Assembly (NCBI GenBank): GCA_963775425.1
Contig: CAVZJB010000016.1
Location: forward strand, 1,269,682 to 1,333,681
Reading direction: 5' to 3'
Length of the DNA: 64,000 bases
Origin: an uncultured delta proteobacterium
GTDB taxonomy: Bacteria; Myxococcota; UBA727; VGSZ01
Position 1 is the stretch's first letter. Every line of letters starts with the position of its first letter. Below are positions 30,089-42,387 of this stretch, one piece after another. The translations under genes were made by a program, and so were the position numbers. The notes below the pieces were generated by a model that did not search any database, was not told where the DNA came from, and worked only from the letters and a program-made list of their open reading frames with translations.

Positions 30089-30148
30089 CGAAGGCGCGGG
30101 CGACTCCGCGCCGCTGCCCGTGACGACGCCGACGGACATGGGACGTCC

Positions 30149-30637
30149 ATGCACCAGGCCCGCCTGCCCGCGGGCACCTACGTCGCGGACGTGCGCGGCG
30201 CCAGCGCCGACGTCGACGTCACGCTCGACGTGTACCGCAGCTTCGGCGCCGACGCAGGCGACCGCTGCGGCGCCCCAGCCGTTCGTCGGTCCCGTCGAGG
30301 CCGGCAACACGTGCGGCCTGCGGGACGACGACGGCGGCCCCTGCAGAGACGGCGACGACGGCGACCTCAGCGGGCCGGACCGCGTCTCCTACGTCGTCGT
30401 CGACGGCGCCGCGCGCGACGTCACCTTCGACACCTGCACGGGCTGCACCGACGACGACTCCTCGCTCGACCTGCGGGACACCTGCGACTCGCAGGGCAGC
30501 ACGCTGCGCGAGCGGTCAAACGACGACGCATGCGCGTCCTCATGCAGCAGCGGCGGCTTCCAGAGCCGCGTCAGCGAGACGCTCGCCCCGGGCCTCTACT
30601 ACCTGCTCGCCGACAGCTACCAGGGCGCGTGCGGCAA

Positions 30638-30665
<28 letters not shown>
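30149..30665 (+). pseudogene. Frameshifted remnant of a secreted protein (PPC-like beta domains)
   Basis: LPAGTYVADV... then shift to ...GPDRVSY...VTFDTC...NDDAC...LAPGLYYLLADSY...GNYELT; lacks a signal peptide and overlaps the convergent gene end. Confidence 0.45.
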
Positions 30666-32575
<1,910 letters not shown>

Positions 32576-32841
32576 GACGTCCTCCCGGATTCAATCGCGG
32601 GAAGAGTCACGCGTGACCGAATGCGCCACCATCGCCCCGGTTCCGGAGCGGCGCGCGAGCGACCGATGACGAGGACCGGCTAAGGGCCCCCGAATGAACA
32701 ACTCGATCGCCCTCGCGGCCGATCCATCGCCGCTGGCTTCGTTGCTCGTCGGTCACGTGGCGACGGCCACGCTCCCTCCTCGCGCCTCGCCATCGGCGCG
32801 CCTCGACCGCGATCATCGACCGACTTGTTCATTCGAGGGCC

Positions 32842-33390
32842 CTAACGGCCGGGGGGCTTGGGCATCTGCGCGCCCTTGCTGCGCGCGATGGCCTGCTGCA
32901 CCTCGACCCAGGACATCTTGAGCTCGTACAGCACGGTGTCCATGAGCTGGTTCTCCTCGGCGTTGAGGTTGCCCTTGGTCTTCACCTTGAGGAGCTGCAG
33001 GATGTCGATGGTGTCGCGGGCCTGCTCGAGGTGCAGCTCGCGCTGTCCGTGCGGCCAGGGGATGAGCCCGAGCTGCATGAGCGCTTGTTGCGCCAACGAC
33101 TGCAGGAACATGGAGAAGCTCAAGCCGCCGGGGGCCTCCTCGGGCGGAGCGGGCTTCTTTGGGGCCTCGCCGGGCGCGGGAGCCGCCTCGGCGGCGCCCC
33201 CGGCGGCGGCGGCGCTCCCGGCGGGCGCTGGGGCCGCGGCGGGCGGCGGCGGCTCGGGGGCGCGCACCGGGACGTCGGGGGCGACGTCGGGGCCCTCCCG
33301 GTTGGTTCCGTCTTCGTGGAAGCGCCGGCGATCAACGACCTTGAAGCCCTTGGGCTCGCCGCCCTTCTCGCTCTCCTGCTCGATGGCCAT
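32842..33390 (-). CDS. DUF1844 domain protein
   Basis: FKVVDRRRF...FSMFLQSLAQQALMQLG...ARDTIDILQLLKVKTKGNLNAEE...LYELKM. Confidence 0.88.
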   Translation of the reverse strand: MAIEQESEKGGEPKGFKVVDRRRFHEDGTNREGPDVAPDVPVRAPEPPPPAAAPAPAGSAAAAGGAAEAAPAPGEAPKKPAPPEEAPGGLSFSMFLQSLAQQALMQLGLIPWPHGQRELHLEQARDTIDILQLLKVKTKGNLNAEENQLMDTVLYELKMSWVEVQQAIARSKGAQMPKPPGR

Positions 33391-33393
33391 GAT

Positions 33394-33609
33394 TCAGTTC
33401 CTGGTGTCGCCCTGGGACGCGCCAACGGGAGCAGCGCCGCCGGGGTAGATCATCTCGGCGATGTTGTCGGCCTGCTCCTCGAGGTCGGGCAGGTTCTTCA
33501 GGTGCGTCTCGACGTCGGCGCGGCTGAGCACGCCGCGCTGTACGTAGCGCTCCACCGTGCGCTTGTCGTACGTGGTGGCGTCGAGCTTCTTCTTCTTGGT
33601 GTCGGCCAT
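33394..33609 (-). CDS. Small conserved hypothetical protein
   Basis: YDKRTVERYVQRGVLSRADVETHLKNLPD; 3 nt upstream of the DUF1844 gene. Confidence 0.75.
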   Translation of the reverse strand: MADTKKKKLDATTYDKRTVERYVQRGVLSRADVETHLKNLPDLEEQADNIAEMIYPGGAAPVGASQGDTRN

Positions 33610-33686
33610 CAGTGGTCTCTCCCGGGGGGAACCCCGTCGATATGCGGTCTTCACCCCGCCGCGTCAAGGGCGCTACCCTCGCTCAA

Positions 33687-34193
33687 ATGGCTTCGAGGGC
33701 TGCGCTGACCGTAAGGGCCAAGGACGCCGGTGCCTGGGCGCGGGGGCGCTATCAGGCGTTCCGCGACCAGAGCCCCTACTTCCAGGCCAAGGTGGGGCTG
33801 GCGGCCGCCTACGTCGTCGTCGTGCTCCTGACCGTCCTTGTCGCGCCGCCCCGAGGGGCCGTCTGGCAGGCCAGCCAGCAGCGCATCAACTTCGGCCTCG
33901 CGTTCAAGACCGCCATCACCATCACCAACCTGCGCGCCGGCGACCTCGAGGACGTGGTGGTGGAGGTGAAGGGCACGGGCATCGAGTTCGACGGCAAGAA
34001 GGACCCGGGCACCTGGCGCACCAAGCCCCTGGACATGCCCGAGGGCAAGGAGCTGCAGATCCTCACCGAGCAGCTCTTCGACGACCGCGGCGTGAACCCG
34101 CCGTACTCCCTGGTCGTCGACACCGTCCGCGTCGTCGACGACGACAAGGAGACCGTGGTCGTGCTCCACCCCAAGCAGGTGGGCGGCGCGTGA
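33687..34193 (+). CDS. Hypothetical single-TM protein
   Basis: TM GLAAAYVVVVLLTVLVA; GTGA overlap with the epimerase. Confidence 0.7.
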   Translation: MASRAALTVRAKDAGAWARGRYQAFRDQSPYFQAKVGLAAAYVVVVLLTVLVAPPRGAVWQASQQRINFGLAFKTAITITNLRAGDLEDVVVEVKGTGIEFDGKKDPGTWRTKPLDMPEGKELQILTEQLFDDRGVNPPYSLVVDTVRVVDDDKETVVVLHPKQVGGA

Positions 34194-35194
34194 GCTCCCG
34201 CTCCATCGTCGTGACGGGCGCGTGCGGCTTCATCGGCTCCCACGTGTGCGAGGGGCTGCTCGGCCGCGGCGACCGCGTCGTCGGCGTCGACAGCTTCAAC
34301 GACTTCTACGACCCAGCCGTCAAGCGCGCCCACGCCGCGCTCCTCGCGCGCCCGGGCTTTCGCCTCGTCGAGGGGAACATCCTCGACGGCGCCGTCCTCG
34401 ACGACGCCTTCGCCGGCGGCGCGGACGCGGTGGTGCACCTGGCGGCGTGGGCGGGCGTGCGGCCGAGCATCGCGCGGCCGGCGCTCTACGTGCGGGAGAA
34501 CGTCGACGGCACCGGCCTGCTCCTCGACAAGGCCGTGGGCCTCCCGCGCCGGCCGAAGATGGTGATCGCGTCTTCGTCGTCGGTATACGGCGGCAACACC
34601 AAGGTGCCCTTTCACGAGGACGACCCCGTGGACCGTCCCATCTCGCCGTACGCGGCCACCAAGAAGGCCTGCGAGGTGCTCGCGTACACGTACCACCACC
34701 TGCACGCGCTCGACGTCACCTGCCTGCGGTTCTTCACGGTCTACGGCCCGCGGCAGCGGCCGGAGATGGCCATCCACAAGTTCGCCCGGCTCCTCGCCGA
34801 CGGGGCGGCCATCCCCCGCTACGGCGACGGCCAGAGCGCGCGCGACTACACGTACATCGCGGACATCGTGCAGGGCGTGCTCGCCGCCGTCGACACGTGC
34901 GGGAGCTTCGGCGGCGGGTACCGCATCTACAACCTCGGCAACTCGCGCACGGTGACGCTCGACGCGCTCATCGCCGCCGTCGGCAAGGCGCTCGGCGTGG
35001 CGCCCGTGATCGAGGCCCTCCCCGACCAGCCCGGCGACGTGCCTTTGACCTACGCGGACATCTCGCGCGCGCAGGCGGAGCTCGGCTATCGGCCCGACTA
35101 CCCGCTCGAGCGCGGCCTCGCCGAATTCGCGGCGTGGTTCCGCGCGCGAGGCGCGGCGGCCGGCGCGGCCTCGGCCGCGGCGCGCGAGTCGTGA
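34190..35194 (+). CDS. NAD-dependent nucleotide-sugar epimerase (UDP-glucuronate 4-epimerase-like)
   Basis: VTGACGFIGSH, HLAAWAGVRPS, ASSSSVYG, YAATKK, RFFTVYGPRQRPEM. Confidence 0.92.
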   Translation: MSSRSIVVTGACGFIGSHVCEGLLGRGDRVVGVDSFNDFYDPAVKRAHAALLARPGFRLVEGNILDGAVLDDAFAGGADAVVHLAAWAGVRPSIARPALYVRENVDGTGLLLDKAVGLPRRPKMVIASSSSVYGGNTKVPFHEDDPVDRPISPYAATKKACEVLAYTYHHLHALDVTCLRFFTVYGPRQRPEMAIHKFARLLADGAAIPRYGDGQSARDYTYIADIVQGVLAAVDTCGSFGGGYRIYNLGNSRTVTLDALIAAVGKALGVAPVIEALPDQPGDVPLTYADISRAQAELGYRPDYPLERGLAEFAAWFRARGAAAGAASAAARES

Positions 35195-36825
35195 CGCGGC
35201 TCCGGCTCACCCCGCTCGGCGGCGTCGGGCGCTTCGGGCGCAACTGCCTGTGCGTCGAGGTCGAGGGCGGCCCCGCGCTGCTCGTGGACTGCGGCGTGCG
35301 CTTCGTCGCCGATGAGACGCCGGGCTTCGACGTCGGCTTGCCCGACCTCGAGCGCATCGACGCGCTCGGCGATCGCTTGCTCGGCGTCGTCGTCACCCAC
35401 GGGCACGAGGACCACATCGGCGGGCTCCCCTTCGCGCTCGCGTCGCGGCCGTCGCTGCCCATCTGGGCCACGCCGTTCACGGCGCGGCTCATCGAGCGCC
35501 GCTTCGCGCGCGCCTCCGCGGACGCCGCGCTGGCGGGGGGCCCTGAGTCGGCGCCTGCCATCGACGTCGTCACGCCCGGCGACGAGCGCGTCGCGGGCCC
35601 GTTTCGCGTGCGCTGGCTCGCGGTGAGCCACAGCATCCCCGACGCCACGTGCGTCGCCATCGAGACGCCGGCGGGGACCATCGTGCACAGCGGCGACTTC
35701 CGCGTCGACGACGACCCGGTGCTCGGCCCGCCCACCGACCTCGAGGGGCTCGCGCGCGTGGGCGACGGCGGCGTCGCCTGCCTGCTCGCCGACTCCACCG
35801 GCGCGATGCTGCCGGGGCGAAACCCCGGCGAGCGCAGCGTCGGCGCGGCCCTCACCGCCGCCGTCGCGAGCGCCGAGGGCCGCGTGTTCGTGGCGCTGTT
35901 CGCGTCTCACGTGCAGCGGCTCGCGCTCGTGGCCGAGGCCTGCCGCGCGACGCACCGGCGGCTGTGCCTGCTCGGCGCCGGCCTGCGCGACACGCTCAAG
36001 ATCGCGCGCGAGCTCGACATGCTCCACGTCGACGACGTGCTCGTCGCGGAGGCCGACGCCAGGAGCTTCCCGCGCGAGCGCCTCGTCTTCGCCGTCACCG
36101 GCTCACAAGGGGAGGCGGGGAGCGCCCTGTCGCGGCTCGCCGCCGGCGACCTCTTCGGCCTCTCCGTCGACGCCGGCGACCGCGTGGTCTTCTCGGCGCG
36201 GGTCATCCCGGGAAACGAGCTGCGCGTGTCCGCCGTGGCGGACGCCCTCGCGGAGCGCGGCGCCGACGTCGTCGACGGCAGGAGCGCGCCGCACGTGAGC
36301 GGGCACGGCTACTCGGGCGATCTCGAGCTGCTCCTCGCCGCGGTGCGTCCGCGGGCGTTCGTGGCGCTGCACGGAAACGCGCGCAACCTCCTGGCCAACG
36401 AGGCGCTCGCGCGCAAGGCCGGGCTCTCCCGCGATCGCGTCGTCGACCTGCGCGACGGCTCCACCGTCGTCGTCGACGGCGACGGCGGCCTCGCCCACCT
36501 GCCCGGCGTGCGCGCGCTCGAGCCGCTCGCGGCGTACGGCGCGGTGGACATGTTTCCGAAGGGGACGGTGCAGGCGCGCAAGCGCATGGCGTCGTCGGGC
36601 GTGCTCGTCGTCGCCGGCGACGGCGACGGCGACGGCGTCGTCCTCGTCGAGCGCGGCATCTCCCCTCCCCTGCCCGCCGCGGTGCTCGCGGCCGTGCGTG
36701 AGGACGCGCCGCGCGCGCTCGCGGCCGCGGGGTCGCCCGAGGAGCCCGCGCTGTTGAAGGCGATGGCGCGGCACTTCTGGAAAGCGCGCCGCCCGCCCCC
36801 GGAGATCCTCCTCGTGCGGCGTTGA
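35191..36825 (+). CDS. rnj: Ribonuclease J
   Basis: TPLGGVGRFGRN, THGHEDHIGG, HSIPD, HSGDF, FASHVQR, TGSQGE, IPGNE, HVSGH. Confidence 0.9.
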   Translation: MTRLRLTPLGGVGRFGRNCLCVEVEGGPALLVDCGVRFVADETPGFDVGLPDLERIDALGDRLLGVVVTHGHEDHIGGLPFALASRPSLPIWATPFTARLIERRFARASADAALAGGPESAPAIDVVTPGDERVAGPFRVRWLAVSHSIPDATCVAIETPAGTIVHSGDFRVDDDPVLGPPTDLEGLARVGDGGVACLLADSTGAMLPGRNPGERSVGAALTAAVASAEGRVFVALFASHVQRLALVAEACRATHRRLCLLGAGLRDTLKIARELDMLHVDDVLVAEADARSFPRERLVFAVTGSQGEAGSALSRLAAGDLFGLSVDAGDRVVFSARVIPGNELRVSAVADALAERGADVVDGRSAPHVSGHGYSGDLELLLAAVRPRAFVALHGNARNLLANEALARKAGLSRDRVVDLRDGSTVVVDGDGGLAHLPGVRALEPLAAYGAVDMFPKGTVQARKRMASSGVLVVAGDGDGDGVVLVERGISPPLPAAVLAAVREDAPRALAAAGSPEEPALLKAMARHFWKARRPPPEILLVRR

Positions 36826-36931
36826 GCGGCGTCCGCGGCGTTCAGTGGCGTTCGCGGGCGCTCGCGACGACGAGGACGCGGCCGTGCCTCGGCGCGAGGC
36901 GAACCGCGCCCCGCCGCGTTATGCTCGCGGC

Positions 36932-37519
36932 ATGGAGAAGGTCCACTCCGTCCCGTCCGGCGCCGCGGCCTCGGCCACCTCAGAGAGGCTCGAGCTGCCC
37001 TCGAGCATCCCCGAGATCGACGACGATGCCCTCGACGGCGCCCTCCACCGGAGCTGGCGCGCCCGCCGCCTGCATCGCCACCTCTGCAAGCGCGAGGACG
37101 ACGGCAAGCCGCTCAGCACCAACGAGGTGAAGACGGTGGTGGCCGAGGCCACCGCCGCCGACGGCAAGCCCGACGGCGACCAGGCCGTCGTCATCGCCGA
37201 GCACGCGCGCAAGCACCCCGAGGTGTTCGGCGGCGCGCACTCGTGGCTCCTGCGGTTCCTCCTGCGCGTGGAGTGGCGGCTGTTGATCGCCGAGCTGCAC
37301 AACTTCATCGCCAACCTGCGCTCCAGGAGCGAGGAGGAGCGCAAGCGCGAGGAGCTCAAGCGGGACCGCGATCAGGATCGCCTCGAGTACGACACGCGCC
37401 GCACCGCGCTGTTGCGCATGGAGCGCGCGAACGCGGAGCGGGCGCCGACGCCGGTGGACGAGGAGCTCAGCGAGGAGAACCGGATGCGGCTCACCATGGA
37501 GCGCATGAAGCGCACCTGA
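36932..37519 (+). CDS. Hypothetical protein
   Basis: ORF with typical codon bias and charged coiled-coil C-terminus. Confidence 0.65.
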   Translation: MEKVHSVPSGAAASATSERLELPSSIPEIDDDALDGALHRSWRARRLHRHLCKREDDGKPLSTNEVKTVVAEATAADGKPDGDQAVVIAEHARKHPEVFGGAHSWLLRFLLRVEWRLLIAELHNFIANLRSRSEEERKREELKRDRDQDRLEYDTRRTALLRMERANAERAPTPVDEELSEENRMRLTMERMKRT

Positions 37520-37558
37520 CCGGCAGCACGGCGACGCCGGATTCGGTATGACCGGGCG

Positions 37559-38722
37559 ATGTCGCCCGCCGTCCATGTCTTGCGCCTCCTGTTCGCGCTC
37601 GTGGTGCTCGGCGTGCTCGCGGCGGGGGCGGGCGTCGCGCTGCGGGCGGTGTTTCCTTCGGCGTGGAAGCGCTTCCTGCGCAAGGCGTGGATCGCGGGCT
37701 TCGGCCTGTGCTTCGCCGCGCTGTGCGCGTGGAACTTCGGGCGCGCCACGCACGACACGGCGCTCGTGCGCGCGAGCGCGCCGGTGGCGGCGGTGCTGGC
37801 GATGACGGCCCTCGCGCTCTTCGTGACGTCGCCCGTGTGGGGCGCGCTCGGCGCCGGCGTGCGCCTCGCGCCGGACCCGCGACGGCGCGCGTTCCTCGGG
37901 CGCGCGCTCGGCGTGGTGCCGGTCACGGCGGCGCTCACGGGCCCCGCGGGCGCGGTGGGGTCGAGCGGCAAGCCCGTCCTTCGCCGCCTGGAGCTGGCGA
38001 GCGCGCTCGTTCCTCCGGCGCTCGACGGCTTCACCATCCTGCAGATCTCCGACGTGCACCTCGGCCCCTTCGTCGACGTGTCGCAGGTGCGGAGCGTCGT
38101 CGACGCCGCGCGGCCGCACGCGCCCGACCTCGTCGCGCTCACCGGCGACATCGCCGACGACTACGCGATGCTGCCTCCCGCGCTCGACCTGGTCCGGTCG
38201 CTGGCGCCGCGCTGCGGGACGTTCGCCATCGTCGGCAACCACGAGATCTATCGAGGGCGCGAGGAGGCCCGCGCCATCTGCGAGGCGCACGGCGCGCGTT
38301 GGCTCTGCGACGACGGCGTCGTCGTCGACAAGGACGGGGCGCGCTTCTGGCTCGGCGGCACCGACGACCCCGCGCGCAGCTTCGAGTCCATGGACGCGTT
38401 CTACGCGCGAAGCGTCTCGCGCTGCCTCGCGCGGTGTCCCCCCGGCGTCGGCTGCCGCGTGGTCCTCGCGCATCGCCCCACGGCGTTCGACGCCACCGCC
38501 GCGCAGGGCGTGGCCGTCACCCTCTCGGGGCACACCCACGGCGCGCAGATGGCGCTCTTCGGGCGCTCGCTCCTCGAGGGGCTCATCCCCATGAAGTACC
38601 TGCTCGGCCGCTATCGAAAGAGCGACAGCGTGCTCTACACCACCGCGGGCCTCGGGCATTGGTTGCCCTTCCGCCTCAACTGTCCCACGGAGGCGGCGCT
38701 CGTCACCCTGCGCGCCGCGTGA
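37559..38722 (+). CDS. Membrane-anchored metallophosphoesterase (YkuE-like)
   Basis: SDVHLG, TGDIAD, GNHE, LAHRP, SGHTHG. Confidence 0.9.
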   Translation: MSPAVHVLRLLFALVVLGVLAAGAGVALRAVFPSAWKRFLRKAWIAGFGLCFAALCAWNFGRATHDTALVRASAPVAAVLAMTALALFVTSPVWGALGAGVRLAPDPRRRAFLGRALGVVPVTAALTGPAGAVGSSGKPVLRRLELASALVPPALDGFTILQISDVHLGPFVDVSQVRSVVDAARPHAPDLVALTGDIADDYAMLPPALDLVRSLAPRCGTFAIVGNHEIYRGREEARAICEAHGARWLCDDGVVVDKDGARFWLGGTDDPARSFESMDAFYARSVSRCLARCPPGVGCRVVLAHRPTAFDATAAQGVAVTLSGHTHGAQMALFGRSLLEGLIPMKYLLGRYRKSDSVLYTTAGLGHWLPFRLNCPTEAALVTLRAA

Positions 38723-38797
38723 TCCTGCTTGCGGCGCCGTCGAGCGAACCCGGGATCCGCGCGGAAAGCGGCGGCCGCGCCTGCTAACGTCCCCGCG

Positions 38798-39796
38798 ATG
38801 CGCCTGCCGCCGCTCCTGCGCCCGCGCCCCGCCGTGCCGAGCATCGTGCCGAAGATCGTGCTCTGCCTGGTGGCCGCCGCAGGCGGCGCCGGCTGCATCA
38901 GCGCGCGCCTGACCCCCGAGGCAGACGCGGGCCCCCGCGACGGCGGGCCCACCGCGCGCAACGACATCGTCGCTCCCGTGGGCGGCGACGACACCCTCGA
39001 CGTCGGCGCGTGGAACCTGAAGAACTTCCCCTGCGGCAACGACTCCAACTCCACCACCTGCCGCGACGGCGCCGCCGACACGCCCGCGCTGGTCGCGGAC
39101 CTCATCGCGTCGCTCGACGTCGACCTGCTCGCGGTGGAGGAGATCGCCGACGAGGGCGCGTTCGCGGAGGTGCTCTCCCGACTGCCGGGCCGCGACGGCG
39201 TGCTCTCGCCCGACGTCTACTTCGACGGCACCTACCAGAAGACCGGCTTCATCTGGAAGACCGCCGTGCTCGACGCCGGCGACCCGTCGGCGCTGTTCGA
39301 GACCGACGGCGACTTCCCGCGCGCGCCGCTGCAGGTGCCGTTCACCTGGAAGGGCCCGGGCGCGCCGTTTTCGTTCTTCGCCGTCGCCGTGCACCTCAAG
39401 GCCGGCGGCGCCGACGAGGACATCGCGCGCCGCACCGGCTCCATCCAGCGCCTCGAGAGCTACGCGCGCACCCTCGTCGACGGCGCCGGCAACGACGACA
39501 TCGTCATCCTCGGCGACTACAACGAGACCGTCACCGACGCCGCCGGCCGCGCGGTCTTTCAGCCCTTCCGCGACGACACGCGCTACGCCATCCGCACCGA
39601 GCCCGCCGCCGACGCCGGCGGCGTGTCCTTCCTGCCCGGCGGCGTGGTGATCGACCACATCGTCACCACGAGCGCGATGAACGCCGCCATCGGCGGCAAC
39701 GACGCCGTGATCCCGCGCCTCGACCGCGACGTCGAGGACTACCGCGGCCGCGTCAGCGACCACCTGCCCGTGTTCCTCACGCTCGGCGCCCCGTGA
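38798..39796 (+). CDS. Endonuclease/exonuclease/phosphatase family lipoprotein
   Basis: GAWNLKNF, VEEI, HLKAG, LGDYN, IDHI, SDHLPV; start uncertain. Confidence 0.88.
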   Translation: MRLPPLLRPRPAVPSIVPKIVLCLVAAAGGAGCISARLTPEADAGPRDGGPTARNDIVAPVGGDDTLDVGAWNLKNFPCGNDSNSTTCRDGAADTPALVADLIASLDVDLLAVEEIADEGAFAEVLSRLPGRDGVLSPDVYFDGTYQKTGFIWKTAVLDAGDPSALFETDGDFPRAPLQVPFTWKGPGAPFSFFAVAVHLKAGGADEDIARRTGSIQRLESYARTLVDGAGNDDIVILGDYNETVTDAAGRAVFQPFRDDTRYAIRTEPAADAGGVSFLPGGVVIDHIVTTSAMNAAIGGNDAVIPRLDRDVEDYRGRVSDHLPVFLTLGAP

Positions 39797-39850
39797 AGCG
39801 CGCGGCCCACGGCCGACGAGCCCACGGCCGACAATCCGCGGGCGGGCTCG

Positions 39851-40330
39851 TCATCGCGGACCGATGATCACGTCGCGCAGCACGCGGCCGCCCGCGGTGA
39901 CGTCGTACTCGTGCTGCAGGCCGTCGACGTCGAGGACATAGATGTACACGACCTCGCCCGCGGCATCGACGTAGCTGCCCACCAGGAGCGCGTCGTCGAG
40001 GAAGGCGAGGCTCGGGTAGACGGCCAGCGGGCCGTACAGCCCGTACCACACGCCGTAGGTGCGCCAGCCCGGCCGATGCACGTAGCCGTAGCGGTACCGG
40101 TCGACGTCGTGGTCGCGGCGGACGGGCACGCGGCGCACCTCGTGGCGCTCCGGCCTCCCGCGCGGCGGTCCCCGCTCGAACCGGCGCCCGCGCCCGCGCT
40201 CCTCGTGCTCTTCGTGTCCACCACGGTGCTGCGCGGCGACGTCGCCGGCGAAGAGCACGCCCGCCGGCGCCGCCCTCGCGCCTCCGGCCAGCGCGCTCGC
40301 GAGCAGCATCGAAAGCATGATGCGTTTCAT
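39851..40330 (-). CDS. Hypothetical secreted protein
   Basis: GGGAGG RBS, signal peptide MKRIMLSMLLASALAGGARA, Arg/His-rich segment then Tyr-rich domain. Confidence 0.7.
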   Translation of the reverse strand: MKRIMLSMLLASALAGGARAAPAGVLFAGDVAAQHRGGHEEHEERGRGRRFERGPPRGRPERHEVRRVPVRRDHDVDRYRYGYVHRPGWRTYGVWYGLYGPLAVYPSLAFLDDALLVGSYVDAAGEVVYIYVLDVDGLQHEYDVTAGGRVLRDVIIGPR

Positions 40331-40713
40331 CGCTGCCTCCCGACGAAAGCTAGCGACGCCGGTGTGCCCGGTCGGATAGCGCGCCGGCAAACACGGAGAA
40401 TTTCCATCGTCGTTCGCCGCGCGCGCGCGCCTGTCGCGCCGCGCGTCATTCCGCAAAACGTCGTCGTCACGGACGCGCGGATCGCGCGGCTGGAGGAGCT
40501 GTCCGAGGCGGTCGTGCTTGCATGATCGACGGGATCATGTTGTGATCTGCCCCGTACCGCATCGCGGTAGCTCGTTTTTCCGGTGCCCTCGACGACGGGC
40601 ACCCCTTTATGGACCGCGTTCCTCCGCACTCTCGGGCCTGTGGCGCTCGGGGGCGGCAACGCATTTCCACCGCGGCCGCCCGGCGCGACCGCACCAGCAT
40701 CGCGAGGAGGCTC

Positions 40714-42387
40714 ATGAGCGATCATGCCGAACAACGTGTTGCCCCGTTCCAAGCAAACGGCTCGAGGAAGGATGCGGACGCGCACCTCGACGCCATCTGG
40801 GCACGCGCCTACCGCGCCAAGACCCGTGAGGACCTGAAACGCCTCTACGCGGACTGGGCCAAGACGTACGACGCCGACCACGAGAAGGTCGGCTTCTTCG
40901 GACATCGCCTCACCGCCGAAGTGCTGGCCCGCCACATGACGCGCCACGACGCCTCGCGCGTCCTCGACGCCGGCGCCGGCACCGGCGCCGCCGGCGAAGC
41001 GCTCGCCGCCGTCGGCTTCCGCGACCTCGTCGCCGTCGATCTCAGCGACGACATGCTCGCGCGCGCGCGCGAGAAGAACCTCTACTCGCAGACCATCGTG
41101 GCGGACCTCTCGCTGCCGGTGGACGCCTTCGGCGACGACGCGTTCGACGCGGCCGTCCTCGTCGGCGTGTTCTCGTACGGGCAGGCGCCCGCCGAGACCC
41201 TCGACGAGATCGTCCGGCTCGTGCGGCCCGGTGGCGTCGTCGCGTTCACCATGCGCACGGACTTCTACGACGAGGACGCCATGGGGGTCCGCACCCGCAT
41301 GGAGATGCTCGAGCGCCGCGGCGCCTGGCTCCCCCTCGAGACCACCGAGGCCGCGCCGTACCTGCCCCACAAAGACCCGAACGCGATGTTCAAGGTGTGG
41401 TGCTACCGCGTCACCGGCCGCAAGACGCCGGAGGTCGAGGAGGGCTTCGAGGACGCCGTGCGCGAGGCGCTCGAGGGCGACGACTGGGTGAAGAAGATCG
41501 ACCACGCGTGGATCTGGGACTCCACCGCGTCGCGCCTCTACAACCGCTACACGCAGACCAACGGCTACTACCTCACCGACTGTGAGGAAGAGGTGCTGCG
41601 CGACCACGCCACCGAGATCCTCGGCGAGGAGCGCCTCGTCGTCGAGCTCGGCTGCGGCTCGGCCCGCAAGATCTGCCACGTGCTCGACGCCTGCGTCGCC
41701 CGCGGCGGCCCCGTGCGCTACCTGCCCATCGACGTGTCCAAGGGCGCGCTGAAGGCCACGGAGGCGGAGGTGCGCCGGCGCTTCGGTGACAAGGTCACCA
41801 TCGAGCCGCGCCAGGGGCTGTTCGACGACGTGCTGCCGAACCTGCCGGTGGGCGAGAAGAAGCTCGTGTTCTTCTTCGGCTCCTCCATCGGCAACCTCGA
41901 CACCGTCGCCGACACCGTGGACTTCCTGAAGCGCCTGCGCTCGCGCCTGCACGACGGCGATCGCTTCGTCGTCGGCATGGATCTGCACAAGAACGAGACC
42001 GTGCTCGAGGCCGCGTACAACGAGGAAGAGGCGTGCCGCGCCTTCTTCGTGCACATGGTCCGGCGCATCAACGAGCACCTCGGCGCCGACTTCGACCCGC
42101 GCGTGTTCAAGCTGTCGAGCGTGTACCAGGAGGAGAAGCACGACGCCGGCTTCCCCACCTGGCGCATGTGCCTGCGCGTCGCGCCCACGGAGCCGCAGCA
42201 CACCTGGGTGCGCAAGCTCGGCATCGAGGCCCGCCTCGAGCCCGGACAACCCGTGCAGGTGGGCATCTCGCGCAAGTTCGAGCCGGAGAGCATCCGCAAG
42301 CTCGCGAAGCTCGCGGACATGAAGCTCACGAACCAGTGGCTCGACAAGCGCGCGTGGTTCTCGCTCAACGAGCTCGTCCGCGCATGA
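40714..42387 (+). CDS. Two-domain methyltransferase: class I SAM MTase + EgtD/Methyltransf_33-like domain
   Basis: YADWAKTYDAD...VLDAGAGTG...VDLSDDML; then YYLTDCEEEVL...VELGCGSARK...YLPIDVS...FFGSSIGNL...GMDLHK...AYN...ISRKF; GAGGAGG RBS. Confidence 0.88.
   Translation: MSDHAEQRVAPFQANGSRKDADAHLDAIWARAYRAKTREDLKRLYADWAKTYDADHEKVGFFGHRLTAEVLARHMTRHDASRVLDAGAGTGAAGEALAAVGFRDLVAVDLSDDMLARAREKNLYSQTIVADLSLPVDAFGDDAFDAAVLVGVFSYGQAPAETLDEIVRLVRPGGVVAFTMRTDFYDEDAMGVRTRMEMLERRGAWLPLETTEAAPYLPHKDPNAMFKVWCYRVTGRKTPEVEEGFEDAVREALEGDDWVKKIDHAWIWDSTASRLYNRYTQTNGYYLTDCEEEVLRDHATEILGEERLVVELGCGSARKICHVLDACVARGGPVRYLPIDVSKGALKATEAEVRRRFGDKVTIEPRQGLFDDVLPNLPVGEKKLVFFFGSSIGNLDTVADTVDFLKRLRSRLHDGDRFVVGMDLHKNETVLEAAYNEEEACRAFFVHMVRRINEHLGADFDPRVFKLSSVYQEEKHDAGFPTWRMCLRVAPTEPQHTWVRKLGIEARLEPGQPVQVGISRKFEPESIRKLAKLADMKLTNQWLDKRAWFSLNELVRA

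Noticed and set aside
36980-39763. Long antisense ORFs (also 8797-11100, 14859-16604, 40327-42420, 46086-49142, 48901-51519, 53377-55767)
   Set aside because: Shadow frames of well-supported genes on the opposite strand, expected in high-GC DNA; no recognisable motifs
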